Assembly (NCBI GenBank): GCA_049323575.1
Contig: JBMOPM010000200.1
Coordinates: 1-41,195 of the forward strand
From: Gemmatimonadota bacterium
Lineage (GTDB): Bacteria; Gemmatimonadota; Gemmatimonadetes; Gemmatimonadales; GWC2-71-9
Direction: 5' to 3'
Length of the DNA: 41,195 bases
In this document: in pieces, positions 8,674-17,811 of the stretch
Layout of the letters: each line of letters starts with the position of its first letter
How positions within the stretch are numbered: position 1 is the first letter of the stretch
Position numbers and translations under genes: made by a program
The notes under the pieces: generated by a model
Database searches by the model: none
What the model saw: only the letters and a program-made list of their open reading frames with translations
What the model was told of the DNA's origin: nothing

Positions 8674-8731
8674 CGGGAATCCGGTCAGCAAAAGGAAGCT
8701 CAACCGCAATTTGACCCGTCGTGGGTGAGGG

Positions 8732-9583
8732 TCAAGAGCCGCCGGCGGGGGCGCCCGCGCTGCGCCAGGCAGCCAGGGCCTCCACCGCCGCGTCGTATCC
8801 CGCGCCCAGATACGCGGGGATGCGGTCCACCAGGAAGGTGTCGCCCGAGCGAGTGCGCGGCCGGATGTAGAGCAGCGGCGGCTGCCCGGGCGTGACGCGC
8901 CACCGCGCCACTTCGGACTGCGTCTGCTGCGCCATCAGGATCCCCAGGGCGGTATCCGCCACGCGCACCATCCGCGGGAGCCGACTCGGGGCCGCGGCAC
9001 GTTCGTCGTCGAAACCCGGGCCGATGTCCACGGCCACCACGACGTCGCAGCCCGTGGTGTCCGCGGCCCAGATCGGCAGCACCGCCCGGAGGCCGCCGTC
9101 GACGTAGCGATGGCCGGCGATCGTCACCGGCGGGTAGTACATCGGCAGGGCACAGCTCGCGCAGAGCGCGTCCACCAGCGGCGCCTCCACGGCGCCCGTG
9201 CCGAAGACGACGAGCGCCCCCGTCTCCGCATCCACCGCCGTCACCCGCAGCGGCTGCTTCACCTCGGCGAAGCGTCTGGCCGGCACCATCCGCTCGACGG
9301 CCCGACGCAGCGGCGCCGGACGGAGCAGCGCGTCCACGCGCCAGCCCAGGAGGAGGGTCCAGAGGTTCGCCCGGACCACGTCATGCCCGCCGAGCCGCGT
9401 CACCTGCTCGATCAGCGCGTCGTGCGGCATGCCCGTGGCGAGCAATGCCGCCACCAGCGACCCGCCCGACGTGCCGACATAGGTCGCGGGCTCGATCCCT
9501 GCTTCGGCCAGCGCGCGCATCGCGCCGATGTGCGCCGCGGCCTTGACGCCGCCGCCGCTCAGGACGATCGCGGCGCGGGTCAT
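8732..9583 (-). CDS. patatin-like phospholipase
   Basis: LSGGGVK, GTSGG (GxSxG), ASCALP, YVDGG. Confidence 0.92.
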   Translation of the reverse strand: MTRAAIVLSGGGVKAAAHIGAMRALAEAGIEPATYVGTSGGSLVAALLATGMPHDALIEQVTRLGGHDVVRANLWTLLLGWRVDALLRPAPLRRAVERMVPARRFAEVKQPLRVTAVDAETGALVVFGTGAVEAPLVDALCASCALPMYYPPVTIAGHRYVDGGLRAVLPIWAADTTGCDVVVAVDIGPGFDDERAAAPSRLPRMVRVADTALGILMAQQTQSEVARWRVTPGQPPLLYIRPRTRSGDTFLVDRIPAYLGAGYDAAVEALAAWRSAGAPAGGS

Positions 9584-10056
9584 GCCTGGTGCCGCTGCTG
9601 CTTCTGCTGTTCCCGGTACCGGCGGGCCCGCTCGTAGCGCTCCTGCTCCTCGGACGTCTCGGGAACGAGTCGCGGCACCCGCCTCGGCCGGCCGGCCTCG
9701 TCGATGGCGACGAACACCACATGCGCGGTGTGCGTGCGGCGCTTCTCGCCGGTCGACACCCGCTCGGCATACACCTCCACCGAAATCTCCATCGAGGAGT
9801 TGCCCACGTAGTCCACGGTGGCCACGCAGGTGACCAGCGCACCGACCGGGATCCGCTCCTTGAAGTCCACCCGGTCGATGCTCGCGGTCACCGCGGGCCC
9901 GCCCGCGTGCCGGATCGCGGCCACCGCGGCGGCCTGGTCCACCAGCGCCATCAGGTGGCCGCCGAACAGATCACCGAGGACGTTCTGCATGTGCGGCATC
10001 ACGAAGGTGCTGATTTCGCCGCGGGAGTAGGACATGGGACGGGAGTCTGGGGTCAT
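9580..10056 (-). CDS. acyl-CoA thioesterase (hotdog fold, YciA-like)
   Basis: NVLGDLFGGHLMALVDQAA, VTASIDRVDF, GNSSMEI, VFVAIDEAGRP. Confidence 0.9.
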   Translation of the reverse strand: MTPDSRPMSYSRGEISTFVMPHMQNVLGDLFGGHLMALVDQAAAVAAIRHAGGPAVTASIDRVDFKERIPVGALVTCVATVDYVGNSSMEISVEVYAERVSTGEKRRTHTAHVVFVAIDEAGRPRRVPRLVPETSEEQERYERARRYREQQKQQRHQA

Positions 10057-10204
10057 GGGGAATTCCCAGGTGCCAACGGCCAGGGGCCAGCGAGGAGGTT
10101 TACGGATCGTGAGTTGCGGTTGCGGCTCTCGAGTCGCGAACGACCGATGGCGGCGGTTCCCTGGCACCCGGGTTCCGATATCCGACCCCTGGCATCTGGC
10201 ACCT

Positions 10205-11995
10205 CTAGAAGTCCACCGGCCTGAGATACCACTCGCCGATCGCCGTCTGGCTCACCATGGCGACCGTGGGCAGGCGTCGCTTCCAGTGGGTGGACTCGAG
10301 GCGGCGGCTCACCAGCGCGACCTCCTCCGCGGTGCAGCCCATCGCCACGATGTCGGCGGGCCGGTGGCCCGCCAGGAGCCAGGCCAGGATCGCGTCGGCC
10401 CTGGCGTAGGAGACGCCCAGGTCGCCCTCATCGGTCTGGCCGATAATGAGGTCGGCCGTGGCCGGCTTCTCGATGATCACCTCCGGCACGCCGACGTGCC
10501 GGGCCAGCGCCCACACCTGCGTCTTGAACAGGTCGCCGATCGGGTTGACCGGCGGCGAGTCGTCCGCGTGCCAGGTGAAGTAGCCGAGGAGGCGTTCGGT
10601 CTTGTTGCCGGTGCCCACCGGCAGCGCGTGGAGCTCCGCGGACAGATCGAAGAGGATGATCATCCGCATCCGCGCCATCACATTGCCGCGCCGCGACGGG
10701 GTCGTCTCGCCGCCGATCGCCGCCGTGAGTCCGTCCACGGCCTGCGAAATGTCCACCGTCCGGCAGTGGATGCCGAGCCGGTCCACGACGAGCTGCGCGT
10801 GGTCGAGGCTGTCGCGGCTCGACGTGCGGTAGGGCATGCGCACCGCGGTGACGTTCTCGGGGCCCAGGGCCTCGGCGGCGAGGAAGGCCACCAGCGCGCT
10901 GTCCACACCGCCGGAGAGCCCCACCACCACGCGGTCGAAGCCGCGGCGACGCCGCACCTCGTCCCGGAGAAACTCCACCAGCCAGCGGCGCGTGAGCTCG
11001 GGATCGATGGCGAGATCGGCGGGCCGGCAGGTCACCCCTTCCCGACGGTGGGTCCGCGGCGCGGTCGCGGCCGTAGCCGACGGGGAAGGTGGACCGCCAT
11101 CGGCCCCGTTCCTGGTCGACGGTGGTCCGGCGTATCCCGGCAGCAGGTGGGGCAGCTTGAGCTCGAGGTCGGCCAGCAGCGGCTGCTCGGCGCGGGCCCG
11201 GGTGATCTCGTCGAAGTCAAGTGTCGCGGCGAGGATCGTCTCCTCGAACAGCGGGCCCCGGAGGATCACGTCGCCGCGCGGGCCGGCCAGCACCGAACCA
11301 CCGGCGAAAGCCTTCCCGCCTTCGAAGCCCACGAGATGGGGCACGGCCACGTACACCCCGTGTTCTTCCGCGATGTCCTGCGCGAGACGCTCCCAGCGGA
11401 GCACGTTGCTGGGCCGGGCCTCGACCCCTTCGCGCGGCAGGATGCCGCGGGCGGGGCTCGCGCTGAGGACGAGGACCAGTTGGGCGCCGTCCAGCGCCGC
11501 CAGCATCGGCGTGATCGAGTGCCACGCGTCCTCGCAGATGAGGATCGCGGCGCGACCCCATCCGGTGTCGAAGGCCTCCACGCTCCGGCCCGCCTCGACG
11601 AATCGCTCCTCATCGAACACGCCGTAGGTCGGGAGAAACACCTTGCGATGGACGTGCCGGATGCCGGCCGCGGCATCGCCCAGCCGGGTATAGAGGCCGG
11701 AGTTGTAGAGCCGGCTCCGCCAGACCTCGTAGAAACCGATGGCGACGTCCATCGGCGGCGCGCCCGAGGCCGCATGGCGGGCCGAGAGATCCCGATGGAG
11801 CTGCTCGGCGCTCACGGCCAGGTCGCGGGTGCCGCCCTCCACGAAGTACCCGGTGAGCGCCGTCTCGGGAAAGACCAGCAGTTCCGGCGGTTCGGCCCAT
11901 CCGGCCACCGCGCGGAATACCTCGCCGGCGCGCGCGAGGTTGTCCTCGTACGCGGCCTTCCGCGGGCGGAACTGGGCCAGCGCGATGCGCAGCAT
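10205..11995 (-). CDS. nadE: glutamine-dependent NAD+ synthetase (nitrilase-fold glutaminase fused to NAD synthetase)
   Basis: E-K-C triad (FPETAL, HRKVFLPTYGVFDE, ICEDAW); SGGVDS P-loop, GNVMARMRM, GTGNKTE, PIGDLFKTQV. Confidence 0.95.
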   Translation of the reverse strand: MLRIALAQFRPRKAAYEDNLARAGEVFRAVAGWAEPPELLVFPETALTGYFVEGGTRDLAVSAEQLHRDLSARHAASGAPPMDVAIGFYEVWRSRLYNSGLYTRLGDAAAGIRHVHRKVFLPTYGVFDEERFVEAGRSVEAFDTGWGRAAILICEDAWHSITPMLAALDGAQLVLVLSASPARGILPREGVEARPSNVLRWERLAQDIAEEHGVYVAVPHLVGFEGGKAFAGGSVLAGPRGDVILRGPLFEETILAATLDFDEITRARAEQPLLADLELKLPHLLPGYAGPPSTRNGADGGPPSPSATAATAPRTHRREGVTCRPADLAIDPELTRRWLVEFLRDEVRRRRGFDRVVVGLSGGVDSALVAFLAAEALGPENVTAVRMPYRTSSRDSLDHAQLVVDRLGIHCRTVDISQAVDGLTAAIGGETTPSRRGNVMARMRMIILFDLSAELHALPVGTGNKTERLLGYFTWHADDSPPVNPIGDLFKTQVWALARHVGVPEVIIEKPATADLIIGQTDEGDLGVSYARADAILAWLLAGHRPADIVAMGCTAEEVALVSRRLESTHWKRRLPTVAMVSQTAIGEWYLRPVDF

Positions 11996-12096
11996 AGACA
12001 GGGAAATCTAGCTCGGTTAGGGTTTGCCGCTCGCGAGCGCTGGCAAACTGGCGACCGCCGGGCCATCGGCAACCGCAACTCTGACCCGTAACGTCA

Positions 12097-12564
12097 ATGC
12101 CCACACTCTTCGCCGCCCTGTCCACCATTCCCAACGCCTGTCAGGCGCTGCCCAACGTCGTCACCGGCGGTCAGCCGGGCGCCATGCACTTCGAGGCCGC
12201 CAAAGCGGCCGGCTGCGAGGTGGTACTGGACCTCCGCGACCCGATGGAACCCCGCCCCCTGGACGAGCCGGCGACCGTCCGGACGCTGGGAATGGAGTAC
12301 ATCAACGTGCCGGTCACCCCGGACACGCTCACCGATGAAACCCTGGACCGCATCCGCGAGATCCTGCGGCGGAACGATGGCCGGCCGATGCTGTGCCATT
12401 GCGGCAGCGGTTCGCGCGTGGGCGGCGCGATGATCGCCCACCTGATGCTGGATCAGGACTTCGCGCAGGAGGATGCGGTGAACCAGGCGATGCGCCTCGG
12501 GCTCCGAAACCCGGAGCTGATCGACTGGGCCATCGGCTACGTGGTGCGGGTGCGGCGAGCGTGA
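12097..12564 (+). CDS. PTP-fold protein (DUF442/BLH-like phosphatase or sulfurtransferase)
   Basis: GGQP, VLDLR, GMEYINVPV, HCGSGSR (Cx5R). Confidence 0.8.
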   Translation: MPTLFAALSTIPNACQALPNVVTGGQPGAMHFEAAKAAGCEVVLDLRDPMEPRPLDEPATVRTLGMEYINVPVTPDTLTDETLDRIREILRRNDGRPMLCHCGSGSRVGGAMIAHLMLDQDFAQEDAVNQAMRLGLRNPELIDWAIGYVVRVRRA

Positions 12565-12577
12565 ACGGGGGAACCGG

Positions 12578-12949
12578 TCATTCCGCGCGCGGCGCGGACT
12601 CGGCCGACGGCGTGCTCTCGGGCCGATACACGATCACCCGCACCCGCTCCAGCGTGATGAGGCCGCCGCCGATCATCGCATCGAGTTCGGGGAGAATCGC
12701 CTGGATGCGCTCCTCCGTGTCCACCGTCTCCACCACGATGGGCAGGTCGAGCGACAGCGTCTCGAGCCGGTCGGTGCGGAGCCGGGCACTGGCGCCGTAG
12801 CCCATCACGGCGCGATAGACCGTCGCCCCGGCATAATGCCGGCTCCGGAGCAGCTCGACGATGGCCTGGTAGAGCGGCTTCCCCTGGAACTTGTCCCGCT
12901 CGCCCAGATGGATCCGCATGAGGGTCTGCTCGCCGACGATACCGTGCAT
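12578..12949 (-). CDS. DUF190 (PII-like) protein
   Basis: MRIHLGERD, AGATVYRAVMGYG, LSLDLPIVVETVD; classic crcB partner. Confidence 0.9.
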   Translation of the reverse strand: MHGIVGEQTLMRIHLGERDKFQGKPLYQAIVELLRSRHYAGATVYRAVMGYGASARLRTDRLETLSLDLPIVVETVDTEERIQAILPELDAMIGGGLITLERVRVIVYRPESTPSAESAPRAE

Positions 12950-12961
12950 GCAACCTTCCCT

Positions 12962-13354
12962 TCAGATCGAGCGCCGCAGGTCGGTCAGTTCCCGCGCCAG
13001 GGCGAATCCGCCCAGCATCGCGAGCAGCGCGAGCGCCACGCTGAGCCCGATGTAGACCAGGGCGCGCATGGTCTGGCCCTCCTCGAGCAGGGCCATGGTC
13101 TCGTAACTGAACGTGGAGAAGGTGGTGTAGCCGCCGCAGAAGCCCACCGTGAGGAATGCCCGCACCTCGGGCGAGATGACGGGCGTGGCCAGGGCGAACC
13201 GCATGACGAACCCGAGCACGAACGAGCCCGTGAGGTTGACGACGAGCGTGCCCCACGGCAGGGCGGTGGGCCCCATCCGCTGCACCAGAAGCGTGCTCAG
13301 CAGGTAGCGGGCGACACTGCCGATCGCGCCGCCCGCGGCGATGTACCAGAGCAT
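12962..13354 (-). CDS. crcB: fluoride channel Fluc/CrcB
   Basis: GGAIGSVARY, PWGTLVVNLTGSF, GFCGGYTTFSTFSYE. Confidence 0.95.
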   Translation of the reverse strand: MLWYIAAGGAIGSVARYLLSTLLVQRMGPTALPWGTLVVNLTGSFVLGFVMRFALATPVISPEVRAFLTVGFCGGYTTFSTFSYETMALLEEGQTMRALVYIGLSVALALLAMLGGFALARELTDLRRSI

Positions 13355-13376
13355 CGTGATCCGTTGACCGTTATTC

Positions 13377-13418
13377 GCTATCGGCGATCAGCTATCGGCG
13401 ATCAGCTATCGGCGATCC
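13377..13418. repeat. tandem repeat, 3 x 14 bp (7-bp sub-period)
   Basis: GCTATCGGCGATCA twice, then GCTATCGGCGATCC, directly upstream of crcB. Confidence 0.9.
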
Positions 13419-13476
13419 GCGATCCATCTGCCGTTGGCCCCGTTGCCCATGATCATGACCCGGGTCCGCCTGGCGC

Positions 13477-13504
13477 AAGAAAGAGGGGCGGCTCGGCCGC
13501 CCCT
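13477..13504 (-). terminator. intrinsic terminator of the DUF4384 gene
   Basis: Stem AGGGGCGGC/GCCGCCCCT followed by CTTTCTT on the minus strand. Confidence 0.65.
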
Positions 13505-13557
13505 GCCACCACGACCTCACGGTCCACGGTAATGATGCAGAGTCAACAGTCAACGCC

Positions 13558-15126
13558 CTAGCCCCGGCGCCTTCCGCCACCCCCACTCGGCCTGGCGCCA
13601 CCACCACCACCCCCGCCGGGCCGCCGTCCCACGCTCGGCGCCGGCGGCTCTCCCCGAGGACGCACCGGCTGCGCGCGCGGCTCGGCGGTGCGAACGGGAC
13701 CGCGCGGCTCCCAGCCCTGCATGTGCCCGGGCAGCACGCTCCCGCCGCTCTCACCGCGATTCTCCGGCCGCCGCCGAGGCTCCACCGGCCTCGCAGGCCA
13801 AGCCTCGGGCCGCCCGATGCCGCCCGACGGCTCGCCGCCGCGGTCCCGCTCGACGCGGCGCGGCCACTCCGTCTGGCCGCCCTGATCCATCGGCCGCTCG
13901 CGCTCGACGCGGCGCGGCGAAACGGGTTGCTGGTCCTCATCGAACACCGGGCGCGGCTGGATTTCGAGCCGCCGCTGGCCATCGATTGCCGGGCCGATGT
14001 CGACGTGCCGCTCGCGGGAGCGTTCCCGGACATCCGGTCGCGCGGCGCGACCTTCCCCTGCCTCGCGCCCGCGGAAGGACGGACCGACCGCCGGGTCGAG
14101 CCGGCGGCCGCCCGGGGCCACCGGCGGGCCCCCGACACCGTCACCCCAGACCGTCGGGTTGCCGGTGGCGACCCGGCTCCGGAGCACCGTGGGGGCGAAT
14201 ACCGTGTTCTCGGTGCGATCGCCGCTGAACGAGAACACCCGCTCGCGGTAGGGGAACGCGCTGTTGCCGGTGTAGGTGCCGAGCGCCTTGAACCGGTAGT
14301 CGTTCCGGAACCCCAGGCCGCGGTCAAAGCGGCCGATGAGCGGGCGGCCCACGGGGACGAACGGCGGGTAGACCGAGCGATAGCCATGCCCCCACCAGAC
14401 CGGGTAATAGTGCCGGACGGGCCGGTAGAAGAAGGGGTCGTAGAAGTCGTGGAAGAAGAACGGGTCATACCGGTACCACGGCCGGTAGCCCCAGGCGATG
14501 CCGAAGGTGATCGACGGCCCGCAGGACCAGCACCCGAAACCGCCGTAGCCCCAGCCGTACCACGGCGCATAGGGCACGTACGTGGTCGTCGCGACGCCCC
14601 GATCGTAGGGGTAGACCGTGTACGTGATCACGTCGTAATCGAACCCGCCGCGGGACGTCATCTTCCGCACCAGATCGGTCAGATCCGGCTCGGGCTCGCG
14701 CGGCAGCAGGTTGGGCGCGAGCGCCCGGTAGTCCCAATGGTCGCCGGAGATGAAGTCGTCGAAGCGGAACGGATCGAGCGACCACGCGGCGTAGACCATG
14801 CCGTTGCCGTCCGCGTCGGGCGCCCGGAACGTCTCGCGCCCGCCGCGGCTCTTGATCTCGTACTTCTTGCCGCCGCGCACGAAGTTGTCGTCGCCCGGAT
14901 CGACCGGGAACAGGACCCTGAGACGCCCGTCGGGATCGACGTGGAGCACGAGCAGGTAGCCGTCATCAGCGGCCCGAACCTGCACCCGCACCCGGTCGCC
15001 CGGGGTGTAGCGGCCATCGTCATTGAGCCAGATCCGGACCGGCGGATCGTCGGCGGTCGTCGCGACACGCGCCGGCAGGTCGGTCGGCGCCATGAGAGCG
15101 ACAGCGAGCAAAGCCAGGTTCGTCAT
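13558..15126 (-). CDS. secreted DUF4384-domain protein with a long aromatic/Gly-rich then Arg/Pro/Gly-rich tail
   Basis: Signal-like MTNLALLAVALMA; VRIWLN..YTPGDRVRVQVRAADDGYLLVLHVDPDGRLRVLFP is typical of DUF4384. Confidence 0.8.
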   Translation of the reverse strand: MTNLALLAVALMAPTDLPARVATTADDPPVRIWLNDDGRYTPGDRVRVQVRAADDGYLLVLHVDPDGRLRVLFPVDPGDDNFVRGGKKYEIKSRGGRETFRAPDADGNGMVYAAWSLDPFRFDDFISGDHWDYRALAPNLLPREPEPDLTDLVRKMTSRGGFDYDVITYTVYPYDRGVATTTYVPYAPWYGWGYGGFGCWSCGPSITFGIAWGYRPWYRYDPFFFHDFYDPFFYRPVRHYYPVWWGHGYRSVYPPFVPVGRPLIGRFDRGLGFRNDYRFKALGTYTGNSAFPYRERVFSFSGDRTENTVFAPTVLRSRVATGNPTVWGDGVGGPPVAPGGRRLDPAVGPSFRGREAGEGRAARPDVRERSRERHVDIGPAIDGQRRLEIQPRPVFDEDQQPVSPRRVERERPMDQGGQTEWPRRVERDRGGEPSGGIGRPEAWPARPVEPRRRPENRGESGGSVLPGHMQGWEPRGPVRTAEPRAQPVRPRGEPPAPSVGRRPGGGGGGGARPSGGGGRRRG

Positions 15127-15196
15127 AACCCGTCTCCCGAAACACCTGGGAGTGTCCCTGGTGAAGGCCAGAAAGCAGAAATCATCCACCAGGTGA

Positions 15197-15242
15197 AGCG
15201 AGCTTCGTGCCGCGGCGATCCCTATTGTGGATCAAGGAGTTA
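15197..15242 (-). promoter_or_regulatory. candidate sigma54 promoter with an upstream IHF site
   Basis: CGGCACGAAGCTCGCT (GG-N10-GC) at 15197-15212 on the minus strand; GATCAAGGAGTTA at 15230-15242 versus IHF consensus WATCAANNNNTTR. Confidence 0.55.
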
Positions 15243-15345
15243 GATGTTCATGCGCCAACCGGACCGGCCCCCGGCGGACAACCGCGTCATTGTTCTGGGA
15301 CACGCGGTCATGGACGCGGTCGCGGGAGCGGTGTCCTGCCCGCCT

Positions 15346-15771
15346 TCACGGCTTGCTGGTCTCCCGGCCCCCGTTCCAGCGATGCCAGTACATGCGCATC
15401 TCGGTGATCTTCTGCCCGTCCGTCTCGCAGAAGATGGCCCCGCGGGCGTCGACCCATTCGCCGGTCCGGCGGCGGCGGAACGTGACCTTGAATTCGGTGG
15501 AGAACCACAGGCCCGCCGCGTAGATCTCACCCGAGGTGAAGGTGATTTCCGACTGGTGGACCGGCACGTCCCGCCAGAAGAGGCGGATCGCCGCCTCGCC
15601 CCTGAGGGGCGCCGAGAATGGCGTTTCGATGAAGACGGCATCGGGCGTGAACACCGAGACGATCATGTCGGTGTTCCCCTTCATCCAGCCTTTGCCGAAG
15701 GTGTCGATGAGGGTACGGCCCAGCGCGCGCGTCGTGGCCGCGGCCGCATCGGGGGGTGATGAGTTCTCCAT
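15346..15771 (-). CDS. SnoaL/NTF2-like protein
   Basis: FTPDAVFIETPF, LRGEAAIRLFW, KITEMRMYW. Confidence 0.8.
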   Translation of the reverse strand: MENSSPPDAAAATTRALGRTLIDTFGKGWMKGNTDMIVSVFTPDAVFIETPFSAPLRGEAAIRLFWRDVPVHQSEITFTSGEIYAAGLWFSTEFKVTFRRRRTGEWVDARGAIFCETDGQKITEMRMYWHRWNGGRETSKP

Positions 15772-15827
15772 GTCGGGAAGCTACTGGGCCAGATAATTTT
15801 CCGCACTCTCCACCGCTCGGAGTCGTC

Positions 15828-17792
15828 GTGCGCCGCCGTTCCTTTCTCGGATCCACCCTCGCCGCAGCCGCCGGTTTCGGCGTCCTCCGCTATGCCACCG
15901 CCTGCGCCCCGAGCACCCCGGGCAGCCCGGGCGACGCCGCGTTCCGCGCCCTGCGCGAGCGCTACTTCCTGAAGGCCCTGGAGCTCAATCCGGTCACTGC
16001 CACCTACCTGGGTGGCGACGGCTATGCGCCTTCGCTCGCCGGGATCAACGGCCGGCTGCGGGACTTCGGGCCGGGCGCGATCGCCGCCGAGCTGCAATTC
16101 TACCACGAAACACGGACGGCGCTGAACGCCATCGCCCCCGCGACGCTGTCGCCTCAGGAGCAGGTGGACCACGCCGTGCTCGGCGCACAACTGGCGTTCC
16201 TGATCCGGCAATACGGTGATCGCCGCTATCACGAGCGGTGCGTCGATACGTACGTCGCCGAGGGATTGCGCGGGGTCGACTTCCAGATCCAGCAGATGCA
16301 GGACCAGGGCAACGGTCTGCTGGGCACGGAGCCCGAGTGGCGTCTGGTAATCGAGCGGGTCGAGGCGATCCCGGCCTATCTCGACACGGCGCGGGCCAAT
16401 CTCGAGACCGGACGCCGCAACGACACCCCGCCCGACTGGCGCATGGTGCTGTACGACGGCGTGCACGGCTCCGAGGCCAACGCGACCTATTTCCGCACCA
16501 CACTGCTGGCCACGGCCGCCCCGCTCCTCGGCGACCGCCCGTTCGCGGGGGCGGTCAAATCGGCGCTCCAGGCGGCGGCCGAACGGGCCGCCGATGCCTG
16601 CGTCGCGTTCGCCCGCTACCTCCGCGATACGTTCCAGCCGGAGAACGCGAAGCAGCGCCTCGACCGGTTCGCGGCCGGCGCCGAGGAGTATCAGTGGCGG
16701 GTGACCAACTGCCTGCGGGTAGACCGTTCGCTCGATGAGCTCTACCAGTACGGCGCCGATCAGGTAGCGCTCTACGAAGCCCGGATCCGGGACGTCGCCC
16801 GCCAGGTAGCCGAGCAGGAGGAGCTGCACCTCCCATTCGGTACCGAGGCGGAGCAGCGCGCGAGCCTGCGGGCGGTGATCGATCACCTCTCGCTGGACGC
16901 GCCGAAGGACGACGACGAGCTGTTCCGCTGGTATCGCGAGACCGGCGCGCGTGCCGTGCTCTACGGTCGCGAGCGGGAGCTGTTCGATATCCCGAGGAAC
17001 TACCGGCTCGACGTCCTGCCCACGCCGCCCACGCTCCGCAGCACGATCGACGCTGCGTACTATCCGGCACCGCCGTTCAAGAAGAGCGGCGTCGGGCGGT
17101 TCTATCTCACGCCCACCGGCAACGATCCCGGCGCGCTCAAGCTGAACAACCGGGCGTCGGTTGCCGATACTGCCGTGCACGAAGGCTTCCCCGGGCATGA
17201 CTGGCACTACAAGTACATGACGCAGCACGCTGCCGGGATCTCCAACATCCGCTGGTTCACGCCGGGCGCGGTGGAGGACTCGTCGTCCATGTGGCAGGAC
17301 TCGATGGCGACGGAGGGCTGGGCTCTCTATGCCGAAGAGCTGATGGCCGAGCCGATCGCGGGCCGGCCGCACGGCTTCTACAGCGCGGCCGAGCACCTCT
17401 ACGAGCTGCAGGGCCAGTTGCTGCGCGCGGTGCGCGTGCGGGTGGACATCGGGATCCACACCGGCCGCATGACCTTCGATGAAGCGGTGGACTATTTCGC
17501 GGAGCACGCGCTGTTCACGCCCGGGGCGTGCGCCGGCACCACCGACGTGGAACGGGCCGCGTGCGAGCAGGCCCGCCGCGCCATCTACCGCTACTCGAAG
17601 TGGCCCACGCAGGCCATCACCTACAACCTCGGCAAGAACGAGATCCTCGGACTGCGCGAGGCGTTCCGCCAGAAACGGGGGGCGGGTGACAGCGCCCGGG
17701 CATTCCATGAGCGGTTCATGCGCATGGGCACGATTCCGCCGGGGTATGCAGGAACATTGCTTCTGGAGGAAGAGCCGCGCGAGCGGAAGTAA
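15828..17792 (+). CDS. DUF885 family putative zinc metallopeptidase with Tat signal
   Basis: GTG start after GGAG; RRRSFL twin-arginine motif; HEGFPGH, EGWALYAEELM, RAVRVRVDIGIH, PTQAITYNLG. Confidence 0.88.
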   Translation: MRRRSFLGSTLAAAAGFGVLRYATACAPSTPGSPGDAAFRALRERYFLKALELNPVTATYLGGDGYAPSLAGINGRLRDFGPGAIAAELQFYHETRTALNAIAPATLSPQEQVDHAVLGAQLAFLIRQYGDRRYHERCVDTYVAEGLRGVDFQIQQMQDQGNGLLGTEPEWRLVIERVEAIPAYLDTARANLETGRRNDTPPDWRMVLYDGVHGSEANATYFRTTLLATAAPLLGDRPFAGAVKSALQAAAERAADACVAFARYLRDTFQPENAKQRLDRFAAGAEEYQWRVTNCLRVDRSLDELYQYGADQVALYEARIRDVARQVAEQEELHLPFGTEAEQRASLRAVIDHLSLDAPKDDDELFRWYRETGARAVLYGRERELFDIPRNYRLDVLPTPPTLRSTIDAAYYPAPPFKKSGVGRFYLTPTGNDPGALKLNNRASVADTAVHEGFPGHDWHYKYMTQHAAGISNIRWFTPGAVEDSSSMWQDSMATEGWALYAEELMAEPIAGRPHGFYSAAEHLYELQGQLLRAVRVRVDIGIHTGRMTFDEAVDYFAEHALFTPGACAGTTDVERAACEQARRAIYRYSKWPTQAITYNLGKNEILGLREAFRQKRGAGDSARAFHERFMRMGTIPPGYAGTLLLEEEPRERK

Positions 17793-17811
17793 CGGCGGTG
17801 ACAGCGCGCCG

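Noticed and set aside
13377-13418. CRISPR array
   Set aside because: Contiguous 14-bp units with no spacers and no cas genes.
13355-13476. Fluoride riboswitch upstream of crcB
   Set aside because: GGCAGATGG resembles the 5' motif, but I could not find the pairing stem or the downstream GCTGATGAC/pseudoknot elements. An Rfam crcB scan would settle it.
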